Source: a virus. From it: a DNA stretch of 64,000 bases. This document shows positions 20,292 through 29,884 of this stretch, piece by piece. Within the stretch, counting starts at the first letter, position 1. Each line of letters starts with the position of its first letter. The notes beneath the pieces were generated by a model. It was not told where the DNA came from and searched no databases. It worked only from the letters and a program-made list of their open reading frames with translations. Made by a program: the position numbers and the translations under genes. Where the stretch lies: positions 1 to 64,000 of the IMG/VR virus record IMGVR_UViG_3300047409_000574; one strand, given 5' to 3'.

Positions 20292-21515
20292 ATGGAGAAC
20301 CGCACCTTTGCTTACAACGACAGATTTCCGGTCAGTTGGCCGGACACGTTGCAGGAGTTCATCTCGACGTTCGCCAGCAGCAACTTTCAGATCACGCTGG
20401 CGAGTCCGACGACGATCCAGGTTGTCGCGAGCGCGGGGAACGGGCTGGTCGGGATCGGGGTGGAGGGGAAGTGGCGGTACAACATCGCGACCGCTAACGC
20501 TGCGCATCCCGGCGGCGGAGCGGGCACCTACGACGTGTACGCGGTCGCGTCGGCGAACTCGTTCGCTGCGTCAGGGTTGCCGCCCGGCTCGAACCCGGAG
20601 GTGGACAACACCGACTACACGTTCGGCCTGGTGATTGTTGCCGGTGGGGCGGCGGCCCCGACCGGCACGTTCAACGGGCATGCGATTGCGCACACGCGCA
20701 AGGTGGCGACGCTCGCGTGGAGCGGGTCGGCGATCACGACGATCACCCACCTGGTCGGCCCTTACGCCGCGTCGGACAGCACCGTGATTCTGGACGGCTC
20801 GCTGACCCCGGCCAAGATCGCGGGGGTGGCGGTGGTGACCGGCGACTCGCGGCTGTCGGATGCGCGGGTGCCGGTGGCGCATGCTGCGTCGCATGCGCCG
20901 GGAGGCAGCGATCCTGTTGCCCAGAACAGTTACGGCACCTATGCGCTTCGTCCGGCGGCGGTGACAGCGTTGAATGGCTCGACCTACTACGCGATCGACC
21001 AGGACGCGATGTATCTCTGCGTGGCGGCTGCGTGGATCAGGCTTGGCGACAAGGCGGGCGACATTATCTGGACGGCGGAGGTGGCCGCACGGACGGGCTA
21101 CATCATTTGCGCAGGGCAAGCGTGGCCGGGCACGACGGGAATCTACGCTGACCTTTGGGCGAAGTGGGGGGCGCAGTATCCATCGGTGTTGCCTGACATG
21201 CCGGGCCGCACATTCGCGGCCAAGGGTACGCATGCTGATGTGGACACGATCGGCAAGACCGATGGCCTGGTGACCGGCAGCCGGAGGACGAAGCACAAGC
21301 ACACCGTTGTTCAGCCGACGATCGCGATGGGGCCGAACTCCGGCCGTGCGTTCGACCGCACCGGCCCTGGTACGGAAGATTCCGGCGGCGCGGCGATCGG
21401 CCAGCAAATCTTCCTGACCGCTACCGCTTCCGGTGGCACCGTCGGCCCGCAGACGGGTGCGGAGCCGATTGACACGGCTGCTTACATTGTTCTCCAGCCG
21501 CAGGTGAAGCTCTAG
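20292..21515 (+). CDS. Tail fibre with collar domain
   Basis: DSRLSDAR.P.AHAASH motif; C-terminal collar paralogous to 16622-17278. Confidence 0.8.
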   Translation: MENRTFAYNDRFPVSWPDTLQEFISTFASSNFQITLASPTTIQVVASAGNGLVGIGVEGKWRYNIATANAAHPGGGAGTYDVYAVASANSFAASGLPPGSNPEVDNTDYTFGLVIVAGGAAAPTGTFNGHAIAHTRKVATLAWSGSAITTITHLVGPYAASDSTVILDGSLTPAKIAGVAVVTGDSRLSDARVPVAHAASHAPGGSDPVAQNSYGTYALRPAAVTALNGSTYYAIDQDAMYLCVAAAWIRLGDKAGDIIWTAEVAARTGYIICAGQAWPGTTGIYADLWAKWGAQYPSVLPDMPGRTFAAKGTHADVDTIGKTDGLVTGSRRTKHKHTVVQPTIAMGPNSGRAFDRTGPGTEDSGGAAIGQQIFLTATASGGTVGPQTGAEPIDTAAYIVLQPQVKL

Positions 21516-21530
21516 CGCCATCGTTGTTGT

Positions 21531-22262
21531 ATGGTTCGGGCGATGCGGACTCTCCATCTTGCTTCGCCGTTGATGGCTGGTGCCGACGTGCTCGCGGTGC
21601 AGAAGCGGTTGAAGGCGAAGGGCTACGACCCTGGTGTGCAGGACGGTCGTTACGGCCCGGCGACCGCGCATGCCGTGCAGGCGTTCCAGCGTGCGCACAA
21701 GCTGGTCGTGGACGGGGTGTACGGTGCGGCGACCGCGAAGGCGTTGACGGCCGCCAAGCCGAAGCCACCTTCGTTCCCGCCTGCGACGGAGAAGGGCGTC
21801 AAGGCTCTGGCGGAGGCGGTGAAGCATGTCGGGGTGAAGGAGTCGCCGAAGGGGTCGAACCGGCAGAAGTTCGGTGCCTGGTTCGGTGTGAACGGCGTCC
21901 CCTGGTGTGCGGAGTTCGTGTCGTTTTGCTTCAACGTCGGCGCAGGCGTGGTGCTCGGCAAGGGGGCGAGGGGGCCGGGGGTGTATCCGAAGGGCGTCAC
22001 CTACGTGCCGACGCTAGAGGCGTGGTTGCGCTCGTCTGGCCGGTGGGTCGGCCGGGTCGCGCCGCAGCCGGGCGACCTGGCGATCTTCAACTGGGACGGC
22101 GGCGTCGCCGACCATGTCGGGATCGTGAAGCGCTACCTGGGCGGCGGCAAGTTCGAGAGCGTAGAGGGCAATACTGGGATCGGGAATGACTCGGACGGCG
22201 GCGAGGTGATGCTTCGCACGCGCACGCTCGGGAACGTCAACGGGTTCGGGAGGATTCGATGA
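21531..22262 (+). CDS. Endolysin (PG-binding + CHAP)
   Basis: DG.YGPAT..AV.AFQ..L.VDG; PWCAEFVS, HVGIV, EGNT. Confidence 0.92.
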   Translation: MVRAMRTLHLASPLMAGADVLAVQKRLKAKGYDPGVQDGRYGPATAHAVQAFQRAHKLVVDGVYGAATAKALTAAKPKPPSFPPATEKGVKALAEAVKHVGVKESPKGSNRQKFGAWFGVNGVPWCAEFVSFCFNVGAGVVLGKGARGPGVYPKGVTYVPTLEAWLRSSGRWVGRVAPQPGDLAIFNWDGGVADHVGIVKRYLGGGKFESVEGNTGIGNDSDGGEVMLRTRTLGNVNGFGRIR

Positions 22263-22459
22263 CTGTCGTGAAAGACACGCACGTCAAGCCGGGCTGGCGG
22301 ACGACTGAGTTCTGGGTGAACGCCCTGCTGATCGTCGGTCTCGTTGTCGCGGCGTCCGCGTCGTCGCTGGCTCCGAGGTATGCCGCGATTGGCGCGGCGA
22401 TCTCTGGGTCGGCTTACGCGATCTCGCGTGGTCTCGCGAAGCTGTATCCGCCGAAGTGA
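22259..22459 (+). CDS. Holin
   Basis: 66 aa, two hydrophobic segments, KPGWRTTEFW; follows the endolysin. Confidence 0.75.
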   Translation: MTVVKDTHVKPGWRTTEFWVNALLIVGLVVAASASSLAPRYAAIGAAISGSAYAISRGLAKLYPPK

Positions 22460-22519
22460 CCTGTTCGCCGAAACGCTGATAGCCTGTAGTTCTCTACACA
22501 CGCATAGATCGCGCCCGTA

Positions 22520-22779
22520 GCGTCTCTCTTGGTCGGGATTCGCTCCCTCGCTTCGGCGGGAAGCGGGCGGGATCGCCAGGCTTGGACTGCTCGCCACGTT
22601 GCTCTACCTCCGTGGCAGGCAGTCCTTGCCGTCTGTAGGGTTGTCCGGCGAGCTTCGGGCCGGACGTGACGGGTTACCTTTTGGGAAGCGTGATCCCGCC
22701 GCGAAGCCCATGACCGAGGCTCGTGTCTGTCTGCTCGACGCGGTAGCCTCTAGGTCGATTCCCGACCAAGGAGGTTCAC
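22520..22779 (+). ncRNA. Candidate highly structured RNA/5' leader
   Basis: Closing stem 22528-22538/22760-22770; inner stem 22566-22576/22690-22700; two CTTCGG loops. Confidence 0.5.
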
Positions 22780-23793
22780 GTGGGCGCTACTGAGCAGGAC
22801 GAGGCCGGACAGGGCAGCCAGGAGGTCGCGGTTCGCGCGCCTGCGGCGACCCCGGCGAGGCCGCCGCTGCCGCTCTACAACGGCGTCATGTCGCCCGACC
22901 GGTGGACGATGCTGGGCCGGATCGCGACGACGACGGCCGACACGGATTTCGTGCCGAAGGGGTTGCGCGGCAAGCCGGGCGCGGTGATGGCGTGCCTGCT
23001 GTATGGCGACTCGCTGGGGCTGCACCCGTCGGTCTCGTTGACCGATGTGTATGTCGCGGACGGCAAGGTCGGCATCTCGGGTGCGTTGATGCTCGCGAAG
23101 ATCAGGGAGGCCGGGCACAAGGTCAAGTTCGAGACGTTGCGCGGCGAGGACGGCTCCTATGTCGGCTCGACGGCGAAGGGCTGGCGGCTGGTCGAGGGCG
23201 AGATCGTGGACGAGGACGAGTGGACGTACACGATGGAGGACGCCCGGCGGGCCGGTCTCTATCCGAACTCGTCGCCGAAGGCGGCGTGGATGAAGTCGCC
23301 GGAGGTGATGTGCCGTTGGCGGGCTGTCGCGCAGCTTTCGCGGTTCCTGTTCCCGGACGTGTTCCGGGGCGGCTCGATCTACACGCCGGATGAGGCGGAG
23401 GAGGTCGCCTACTCGGAGCGGATCAGCCGGAACGGGTCAGCGCCGGGCGCGGACGCGCCGCCTGCTGCCGAGTCGCAGGAGGGCGAGCCGGAGTGGGGCG
23501 ATGACCCGCTGCTGGCGGCGTGGCTGCTGGCGCTGTTCGCGCAGGCGAATGAGATCGAGGACGGGGTGTGGCTGCCGAAGAAGGTGAAGCTGGCGCTCAA
23601 GGGCCGGACGCAGCCGGAGCGGGAGGAGTTCGCGGTCGGTCTGGCGGCCTGGATCACCGAGCACGGCCAGGTGCCTGCGGAGCGGCCGGTGGAGACCGAG
23701 CAGGTCGCCGACGAGGATGTGGTGGTGCTCGACTTGCAGGGGGAGGCGGCGACGGAGGAAACGCTGATGGACGGGGCGACCGAACTCGACTAA
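22780..23793 (+). CDS. RecT-like ssDNA-annealing protein
   Basis: FVPK..RGKP..V.A..YG..LGL.P, YTMEDARRAGL, W.KSPEVM.RWRA..R.LFPDV..YTPDE. Confidence 0.8.
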   Translation: MGATEQDEAGQGSQEVAVRAPAATPARPPLPLYNGVMSPDRWTMLGRIATTTADTDFVPKGLRGKPGAVMACLLYGDSLGLHPSVSLTDVYVADGKVGISGALMLAKIREAGHKVKFETLRGEDGSYVGSTAKGWRLVEGEIVDEDEWTYTMEDARRAGLYPNSSPKAAWMKSPEVMCRWRAVAQLSRFLFPDVFRGGSIYTPDEAEEVAYSERISRNGSAPGADAPPAAESQEGEPEWGDDPLLAAWLLALFAQANEIEDGVWLPKKVKLALKGRTQPEREEFAVGLAAWITEHGQVPAERPVETEQVADEDVVVLDLQGEAATEETLMDGATELD

Positions 23794-23828
23794 CGTGGGG
23801 GTTGCGTCGCCCTTGGGCCGCCGGAGAG

Positions 23829-23856
23829 TTGCCACTCTGGCGGCCCGATCTATGCT
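23829..23856 (+). promoter_or_regulatory. SigA-like promoter
   Basis: TTGCCA-N16-TATGCT upstream of the HNH at 23900. Confidence 0.45.
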
Positions 23857-23899
23857 GTCCGACGCGGGGGTGTAGGCTCGTCTGGTTCCCGACCAGGAG

Positions 23900-24481
23900 A
23901 TGACAGTGAGCGCAACGCCCGCTCCGCCGAAGGCAGAGTTTGACGACGCAGAGCTTGCTCGACGCTACCTTGCGGGAGAGCCTGCGGAAGCAATCGCTCG
24001 CAGTCTTGGCCGTAGCGGGAACGCTGTTCGTGCCCGGCTCAAAAAGCAAGGCGTGAGGGTGACTCCAGCGCGGCCAATGAAGCGGGAGCGTTACCGAGTC
24101 GAGGATCGCGGCTATGCCACGCCGTGCTGGACGTGGCTGCTCTCCAAGAACAACAAGGGCTACGGCCGCGTTGTTGTGCGTGGGCGCTTGCAACTCGCGC
24201 ACCGGCACTATCACGAGGAGAAGCACGGGCCGATCCCGGAGGGGTTGACGCTCGATCATCTCTGTCGCAACACTGATTGCGTGAACCCGGATCACACCGA
24301 AGCGGTAACGCATGCGGTCAACTGTCGGCGGGGCGCGGGGGTCAGGCTCTCGATGGAGACTGCGAATCAGATCAGGACGGCGAGGGCTGCCACGGGTGCG
24401 TCGTATCGTGCGTTGGCGGCGCAGTTCGACACTGACTACGGAACCGTGGGCCGCATCATCCGGGGGACGTTGTGGGCATGA
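23900..24481 (+). CDS. HNH endonuclease with HTH
   Basis: CWTW..GYG..AHR..LDHLCRNTDCVNPDH.E.VT..N. Confidence 0.88.
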   Translation: MTVSATPAPPKAEFDDAELARRYLAGEPAEAIARSLGRSGNAVRARLKKQGVRVTPARPMKRERYRVEDRGYATPCWTWLLSKNNKGYGRVVVRGRLQLAHRHYHEEKHGPIPEGLTLDHLCRNTDCVNPDHTEAVTHAVNCRRGAGVRLSMETANQIRTARAATGASYRALAAQFDTDYGTVGRIIRGTLWA

Positions 24482-25794
24482 CGACGCCAGTCCCGTATCC
24501 CCGAGCGATGAAGAAGTACCCGGCGATCAGGCAAAGTTTGTTGTCTACCTTTGACGACTGCTCGCTACAGACCAAGTTCGAGATGGACATGCGACGTGGT
24601 TGGTCGTACTCGTACCAGGCGAGGGGAACTTTATTCCACCGCTTTGCAGCCGAAGCTCTCCGCACGATGGTCAAGCAGCAGGAGCCGCAGATTCCCGTGG
24701 AGGAGGCGCTGGAGATTCTACGTGAGGTGCTGGCCCAGCACAACGTGGATCGCGAGTGCCCGCATTGTGGCGGGACGCGGATCAGGCGGGGGATCACCAA
24801 GCGCGGGCTGCGGCTTTGTTTGACGTGTCGCAAGAGCTTCGAGACCGGCTGGATCACGGTGCCGTCCAACCACATCGCTGACCTCTACTGGGTGGTGGTG
24901 AAGTGGGCGCACGGGACGAGCTACGACGTGGCGAACGTGGTCGATGTGGAGCGTCGCCTGGAGGCTCGCATCTCCTACCCGAACCGTGTGCAGGGCGGCT
25001 GGGTGGAGCGCAAGCTGACCGGCAAGCTGGACGCGCTGCTGGTCGAGGGTCGCGATGACGAGCACGCGATCGTGCTCGACTGGAAGGACATGTGGAAGCT
25101 GCCGCCGGAGAAGGAGATCGACGACAAGGGCTACTTCCAGCAGCGCTTCTACGCCTACCTGATCTTCGAGAACTACCCGTCGGTCGAGCGGGTGACGTTG
25201 CGCGAGTTCTATGTGCGTTACGGCAAGCCGCGCGAGGCGACGATCACACGTGCGGTGATCGAGGAGGAGGTGCGGGCGGAGTTGTCGGCGCTGGTGGAGA
25301 AGTTCGACCGGGCGGTCGAGGAGCATCTCTGGAACGCGTCGCCGGGCGCGCATTGTAGTTATTGTCCGGCTCCGCATCGCTGCCCGATTCACCCGGAGGC
25401 GCGCGGGCATGGCCGGGCGACGACGCAGGCGGAGGCGGAGCAGGTGGCGGCCGAGTTCGTGGTAGCGTCGGCGATCGTGAAGCAAACACGGGAGGCTGCG
25501 GGGGCGTGGGCGCGTCAGCATGGGCCTATCCCGATCAAGGATGCGAAGGGCAAGCGGGTGCTCGGGTTCAAGGAGAGCACGCGGACGGAGCGGCCGACGG
25601 TGGAGGAGATAGATCAGCTTGGCCGGGAGCTTGGTCGTGCACCGACGCCGAAGGAGATCAAGGAGTTGTTCCACACCCGTACGTCAACGCTGTTGACGCA
25701 GTATGTTCCTTCTCGTGAGGAGCGCACGGAGCAGGATGATGCGTTGATCGAGTCGTTGCAGCGGAGCATCGACGAGGCGCGGTCGGTGGCGTGA
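24478..25794 (+). CDS. RecB/Cas4-like PD-(D/E)xK exonuclease
   Basis: RGTLFH, VERRL, GKLD..LDWK, QQRFY, C..C.....C; partner of the RecT-like gene. Confidence 0.85.
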   Translation: MTTPVPYPRAMKKYPAIRQSLLSTFDDCSLQTKFEMDMRRGWSYSYQARGTLFHRFAAEALRTMVKQQEPQIPVEEALEILREVLAQHNVDRECPHCGGTRIRRGITKRGLRLCLTCRKSFETGWITVPSNHIADLYWVVVKWAHGTSYDVANVVDVERRLEARISYPNRVQGGWVERKLTGKLDALLVEGRDDEHAIVLDWKDMWKLPPEKEIDDKGYFQQRFYAYLIFENYPSVERVTLREFYVRYGKPREATITRAVIEEEVRAELSALVEKFDRAVEEHLWNASPGAHCSYCPAPHRCPIHPEARGHGRATTQAEAEQVAAEFVVASAIVKQTREAAGAWARQHGPIPIKDAKGKRVLGFKESTRTERPTVEEIDQLGRELGRAPTPKEIKELFHTRTSTLLTQYVPSREERTEQDDALIESLQRSIDEARSVA

Positions 25795-25967
25795 GCCAGC
25801 GTGGACACATGCGCTTCATCGGCGGCGCGATCTACTGCCCGCGTGTGCAACACCGTGTCCAACTTGGACTTGAGCACCGCTATGGCTCGGAGTTTGTGTG
25901 TCCGGGTTGCAACGTGCGCATCGACGCGACGGCGTACTTCGTGAAGCACCACGGGGCGGCGGCATGA
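25791..25967 (+). CDS. Small Cys-containing protein (58 aa)
   Basis: Overlap-coupled at both ends; YCP...CPGC; not in the ORF track. Confidence 0.5.
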   Translation: MSQRGHMRFIGGAIYCPRVQHRVQLGLEHRYGSEFVCPGCNVRIDATAYFVKHHGAAA

Positions 25968-26329
25968 GCGAGCGCACACGTGGCTGGGTCGGCGTCGATC
26001 TGGACGCCACGCTTGCGATCTACGACGGCTGGAAGGGGCCGGAGCACATCGGCCCGCCGGTGCCCACGATGCTTGCGCGAGTGAAGCTTTGGTTGAGGCA
26101 CGGCCATCCCGAGCACGGCGACGTAGACGTGAAGATCGTGACTGCTCGGGTGTCGGTGCCGGATCAGAGGCCGATTGTGATGGCTGCGCTGGAGCCGTGG
26201 ATGCTGGAGCACATCGGGGTGATCCTGCCGGTCACGCACGAGAAGGATTACGGAATGATCGAGTTGTGGGACGATCGGGTGGTGCAGGTCGAGCCGAACA
26301 CGGGCCGCCGGATGGACGGTCATCTCTGA
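25964..26329 (+). CDS. HAD-superfamily phosphatase-like protein
   Basis: VGVDLDATLA, TAR, VT..K...LWDDR. Confidence 0.8.
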   Translation: MSERTRGWVGVDLDATLAIYDGWKGPEHIGPPVPTMLARVKLWLRHGHPEHGDVDVKIVTARVSVPDQRPIVMAALEPWMLEHIGVILPVTHEKDYGMIELWDDRVVQVEPNTGRRMDGHL

Positions 26330-26403
26330 TGGGCTGGTTCATCGGGTTTGTCGTCGTGACGTTCGTGCTGGAGTGCGTCATCTTCTCCCGTGAGGACGAC
26401 TGA
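26329..26403 (+). CDS. 24-aa hydrophobic peptide
   Basis: TGATG coupling at both ends; MGWFIGFVVVTFVLECVIFSREDD. Confidence 0.4.
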   Translation: MGWFIGFVVVTFVLECVIFSREDD

Positions 26404-26627
26404 TGGGCGCGTCGCCGGGGAAGCTCGCGGGTATCACCCGTGCGCAGTTGAAGAAGGCGAAGGAGCAGCTTGCGCGGATCGACACGGCGCTCGACGCCAT
26501 CGAGGCGACGACGGAGCATTCACTCCACGGTGCGGAACCGGCGGATCGGGTCGAGGCGCTGGCCGCGATGCTCGCGCAGGCGAAGGTGAATCTGGAGGAG
26601 CGCGAGTGGGAGGCCGCCGCGCCGTGA
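26403..26627 (+). CDS. Hypothetical protein
   Basis: Coupled 74-aa helical ORF. Confidence 0.6.
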   Translation: MGASPGKLAGITRAQLKKAKEQLARIDTALDAIEATTEHSLHGAEPADRVEALAAMLAQAKVNLEEREWEAAAP

Positions 26628-26935
26628 AGTCGCCGCTGCCCGAGGAGCAGGGGCCGACGTTCGAGCCGACCATTCACTGGTGCGCGCGTCATCTGGAGCC
26701 GTTCCGGGCGGAGTGGCCGGTCGGCTGGCCGCTCGCGATGATGGGGCTGTTCCAGGAGTCGGTTCGCAACCTGGAGATCATCGACGCGGCGGGCGGGCAG
26801 ACGGAGATGCTCGACAGGGTGCTGCGTGAGTTCTCGCCGTTGTGCTGTTTCCTGGGCGATGAGATCACGGCGAAGTGGACACGGCTGAGCCAGGGTTCGC
26901 TCGACGAGTTCCGGGCGGCGCTGGCGGCGCTTTGA
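26624..26935 (+). CDS. Hypothetical protein
   Basis: GTGA overlap; WCARH...PLCC. Confidence 0.6.
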   Translation: MKSPLPEEQGPTFEPTIHWCARHLEPFRAEWPVGWPLAMMGLFQESVRNLEIIDAAGGQTEMLDRVLREFSPLCCFLGDEITAKWTRLSQGSLDEFRAALAAL

Positions 26936-27735
26936 TGCCGACTCTGCGGCTTTCGACCCGGCCTGGGGAGGTGCTGGAGGCGACCTATGCGGAGCACGAG
27001 TGGCCGCTGGTGGTCTCCTTGCGCGAGCGGATGGACGGCGGCGGGGAGGACGCGCTGGCGGCGGCGGGGGAGCTTCGCGTGATCCACGAGTTGAAGGCGC
27101 TGGTCGGTGGCGGGATGCTGTCACCGGTTGAGCAGGAGAGGTTCGAGCAGACCCACAAGCCGATGCCGACTCCGCGCCGTCGGCGGGAGGTGCGTGACCG
27201 GCGGGATGATCCGCCGCCGCCGCAGGTGGCGTTGTTCGCGGGGGACGAGAACGTGGAGTCGTTCTTCCGTATCCCGGAGAAGGCACGCCGGAAGCTGCTG
27301 GAGGCTGACAACGCCGCTGCTGCTTTGGCTGCGTCGAAGAAGATGGCGGCGGCCGGTGAGCGCGACGAGGAGCCGCTCCCCGATCCGGCGGAGAACCGCA
27401 TTGGCAAGTTCAGCGATCCCGATGCAAGCGGTGCGCCCGTGACTCAACGCAAGGCTGCGATCGGCGTCTATCCGAGCACGGGCACGAAGCGTAACGGCGT
27501 GCTGACGGCAATCGTGCGCGCCGGTGATCGCGGGATGACCGACGAGGACTTGTACGAGGCGACAGGCTGGGATGAGAACACGGTGCGCCCGCGGCGGAAC
27601 GAACTGATGAACGATGGCTGGATCGAGGACTCCAATCGCACCCGCAGGACACCGAGTGGTCGTGATGCGGTCGTGTGGGTGCTCACCGAGGAAGGTCAGC
27701 GGCAGATCGCCGTGCTGGAAAGAGCAAGCGCATGA
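26935..27735 (+). CDS. Protein with C-terminal winged HTH
   Basis: GMTDEDL..NTVRPRRNEL..G.IEDS..R.T.SGR.A.VW. Confidence 0.75.
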   Translation: MPTLRLSTRPGEVLEATYAEHEWPLVVSLRERMDGGGEDALAAAGELRVIHELKALVGGGMLSPVEQERFEQTHKPMPTPRRRREVRDRRDDPPPPQVALFAGDENVESFFRIPEKARRKLLEADNAAAALAASKKMAAAGERDEEPLPDPAENRIGKFSDPDASGAPVTQRKAAIGVYPSTGTKRNGVLTAIVRAGDRGMTDEDLYEATGWDENTVRPRRNELMNDGWIEDSNRTRRTPSGRDAVVWVLTEEGQRQIAVLERASA

Positions 27736-28097
27736 TCGTGGTCTCGTTGAAGGACGGCACGAAGCGGGCGCTCGACAAGGCGGAGGTGGTGCTGGGCTGG
27801 GAGGTTCCTCACGCTCACTTTCCTGACGTGAAGGTGATCGACCAGTTCACGCTGGCGGACGTGATCGCGCTGCTGCTGATCGAGCCGGAGATGGGGGCGA
27901 TGCCCGGCAAGATGGGCGGCATGCCGATCGTGGGGCTGGCGTTCACGGACGCGTCTGATCTGCGGGTGGAGGTGCCGTTGCCGCTCGACTTCGCGGAGGC
28001 GGTCGGCAGGCAGTTGATCGAGATGGTGGAGGCGGTACGGGCGGGGACGGCGCAGGTGTACCGGACGATGCCGGGCGGACTGGAGGGCGGTGGCTGA
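27732..28097 (+). CDS. Hypothetical protein
   Basis: ATGA overlap; coding-like composition. Confidence 0.6.
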   Translation: MIVVSLKDGTKRALDKAEVVLGWEVPHAHFPDVKVIDQFTLADVIALLLIEPEMGAMPGKMGGMPIVGLAFTDASDLRVEVPLPLDFAEAVGRQLIEMVEAVRAGTAQVYRTMPGGLEGGG

Positions 28098-28440
28098 GTT
28101 GACTCCGGCACCGGGCGGCTACCCGATCAAGCTTGTGCGCGACAAGACGGCCAAGATCGTCAACCCATCCGGCGTGCCGGGGCAGCTTTGGTATGGGAAG
28201 GCACCGCTGGCCGACCGTGAGCGATTCTTGAAGTTGAAGCTGGCGGAGGAGGTCGGCGAGTACCTCGTGGACGGCGGCGCAGAAGAACTCGCAGACGTGT
28301 ACGCGGTCGTGCGGGCGCTCTTTGCGCTCCAGCACATCTACGAACTCGACGCGCTCGTGTCGGCTGACCCGCGTGGTGGGTTCCTGGACGGCGTGATGAT
28401 GTACGGGCGGCATGACGAGTTCGACGGCCAGGGTGCGTAG
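28090..28440 (+). CDS. All-alpha NTP pyrophosphohydrolase (MazG-like)
   Basis: KLVRDK...KLAEEVGEY...EELADV. Confidence 0.8.
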   Translation: MAELTPAPGGYPIKLVRDKTAKIVNPSGVPGQLWYGKAPLADRERFLKLKLAEEVGEYLVDGGAEELADVYAVVRALFALQHIYELDALVSADPRGGFLDGVMMYGRHDEFDGQGA

Positions 28441-29299
28441 GACACCGTTCAAGCGGGGCGGGAAGGGGTTGAAGCGCTCGGCGCTGGCACGGGGCGGGAA
28501 CCAAACGTCGATTCGCTCCTTACGCCCAGGAGAGGCCGACCCCGCTGGTGAGCCTCGTCGCTACGCCGATCCTCGCGGGTACGTGCGGCTGCGGTGGAAG
28601 GTCGCGCCGCACGAGTACGTGGAGCGGTATGAGCGCGACGCTGATGGCAGCCTGACGTGTACGAAGGAGCGAGAGCCGCCCCGGCGGATTGACAGAGCAG
28701 AGGTGGCCCAGCTTTATCTGGAGCAAGGACTGTCAACTCCGCAGATCAGCGCAATCACGGGATTCGACGCGGCGGCGATCTTTCGCGCCCTTCGCGCTTC
28801 CGGTGTGCCCATGCGCACTTCGGCTGATCGCTTCCCGGTCGATGTAGAGGCCATCCTGCATCTCTATGTGGACGAGAGACTCGGTTACGTTGAGGTGTCG
28901 CGACGTTTGGGTTATGCCTCGTCGGTGGTTCGGCGCGTCCTCCGAGATGAGGGCGTCACGCGTCGAGTGGGGAGGCCCGCCGGTCGTGTCAGACAGAGTT
29001 ACGAGGCTGGGGCTAGAAGGCTGCGTCCGGCCCTGCTAGAGCGCGCCGGTGGCGCGTGTGAAGTACGGGCGTCAGAGAAGTGTCGGGGGAGGGGGACTCA
29101 TTCGCACCATCGCAAGCTGCGTTCGCAGGGTGGCGCGAACGAACTCGTGAATCTGCTCGCTGTCTGCATCGTGTGCCACATGGTTATTCATCAGCACCCT
29201 ACGGCTGCTTACGCGAACGGCTGGCTGGTTCACTCTTACGACGACCCGGCGGCCACTCCGGTGCTGTACCGAGGCGAGTTGCGACTCCTCGCGGCGTGA
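28433..29299 (+). CDS. HNH endonuclease with HTH repeats
   Basis: CE..C...HHRK.RSQGG.N...NL..C..CH..IH. Confidence 0.8.
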   Translation: MRRTPFKRGGKGLKRSALARGGNQTSIRSLRPGEADPAGEPRRYADPRGYVRLRWKVAPHEYVERYERDADGSLTCTKEREPPRRIDRAEVAQLYLEQGLSTPQISAITGFDAAAIFRALRASGVPMRTSADRFPVDVEAILHLYVDERLGYVEVSRRLGYASSVVRRVLRDEGVTRRVGRPAGRVRQSYEAGARRLRPALLERAGGACEVRASEKCRGRGTHSHHRKLRSQGGANELVNLLAVCIVCHMVIHQHPTAAYANGWLVHSYDDPAATPVLYRGELRLLAA

Positions 29300-29817
29300 C
29301 GACGGCGGAGGTGATCGACCGGCTGCGCGGGCTGCACCCGTCGCCGGAGTGGGTCGCCTACCGGGAGTGCTGGCGGATTGACTTCTTCGCGATGCGTTGC
29401 TGGCCGTCGGGCGTTGGGCATCGCCGGGTGGCGTGCGAGGTGAAAGTCAGTAGAAGTGATTTTCAGAACGATGAGCGTCGTCCGTGGAAGCACGACAACG
29501 CGCGTGCGCTCGCCCACCAGTTCTTCTACGTGTGCCCGGCGGAGATGCTGGCGGCGGACGAGGTGCCGGAGTGGGCGGGTCTCATGTGGGTGCTGCCGCG
29601 CAGGCGGCCGACGGTGGTGAAGGAAGCGCCGTTGGCCGATGAGGTACGGGCGTTCACCGACCGGGAGGTGGTTTATCTGGCGCGCTTCGCGTTGTACCGG
29701 GAGGGGATCGAGGCCGATCGGCTGGAGTTGCGGCTACTCCGCAGACAGGTTGCACGTCTGCGTGAGGCACGTTACGGTTCGGGGTCAACAGAACAACCAG
29801 GGCGTGTAGTCGCATGA
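29296..29817 (+). CDS. MmcB-like PD-(D/E)xK nuclease
   Basis: RIDF..EVKVSRSDF..D..FFYV.P..EVPEWAGL. Confidence 0.75.
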   Translation: MTTAEVIDRLRGLHPSPEWVAYRECWRIDFFAMRCWPSGVGHRRVACEVKVSRSDFQNDERRPWKHDNARALAHQFFYVCPAEMLAADEVPEWAGLMWVLPRRRPTVVKEAPLADEVRAFTDREVVYLARFALYREGIEADRLELRLLRRQVARLREARYGSGSTEQPGRVVA

Positions 29818-29884
29818 GGTGATGGCCCCACTTTCCACCTCGACCTAGCGCGCCCGGCCCTGTAAGCGAACCGGAGGTTGAGGC

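Noticed and set aside
14629-21515. Diversity-generating retroelement or invertible fibre switch
   Set aside because: No reverse transcriptase or invertase seen; the repeats are direct and the differences are not adenine-specific
22133-22597. 154-aa minus-strand ORF over holin/endolysin
   Set aside because: Has an RBS-like motif but shadow-like composition; not called, kept only as an alternative for the RNA finding
24478-25794. Cas4 as part of a CRISPR system
   Set aside because: No array or other cas genes; the context is a RecT-partner exonuclease
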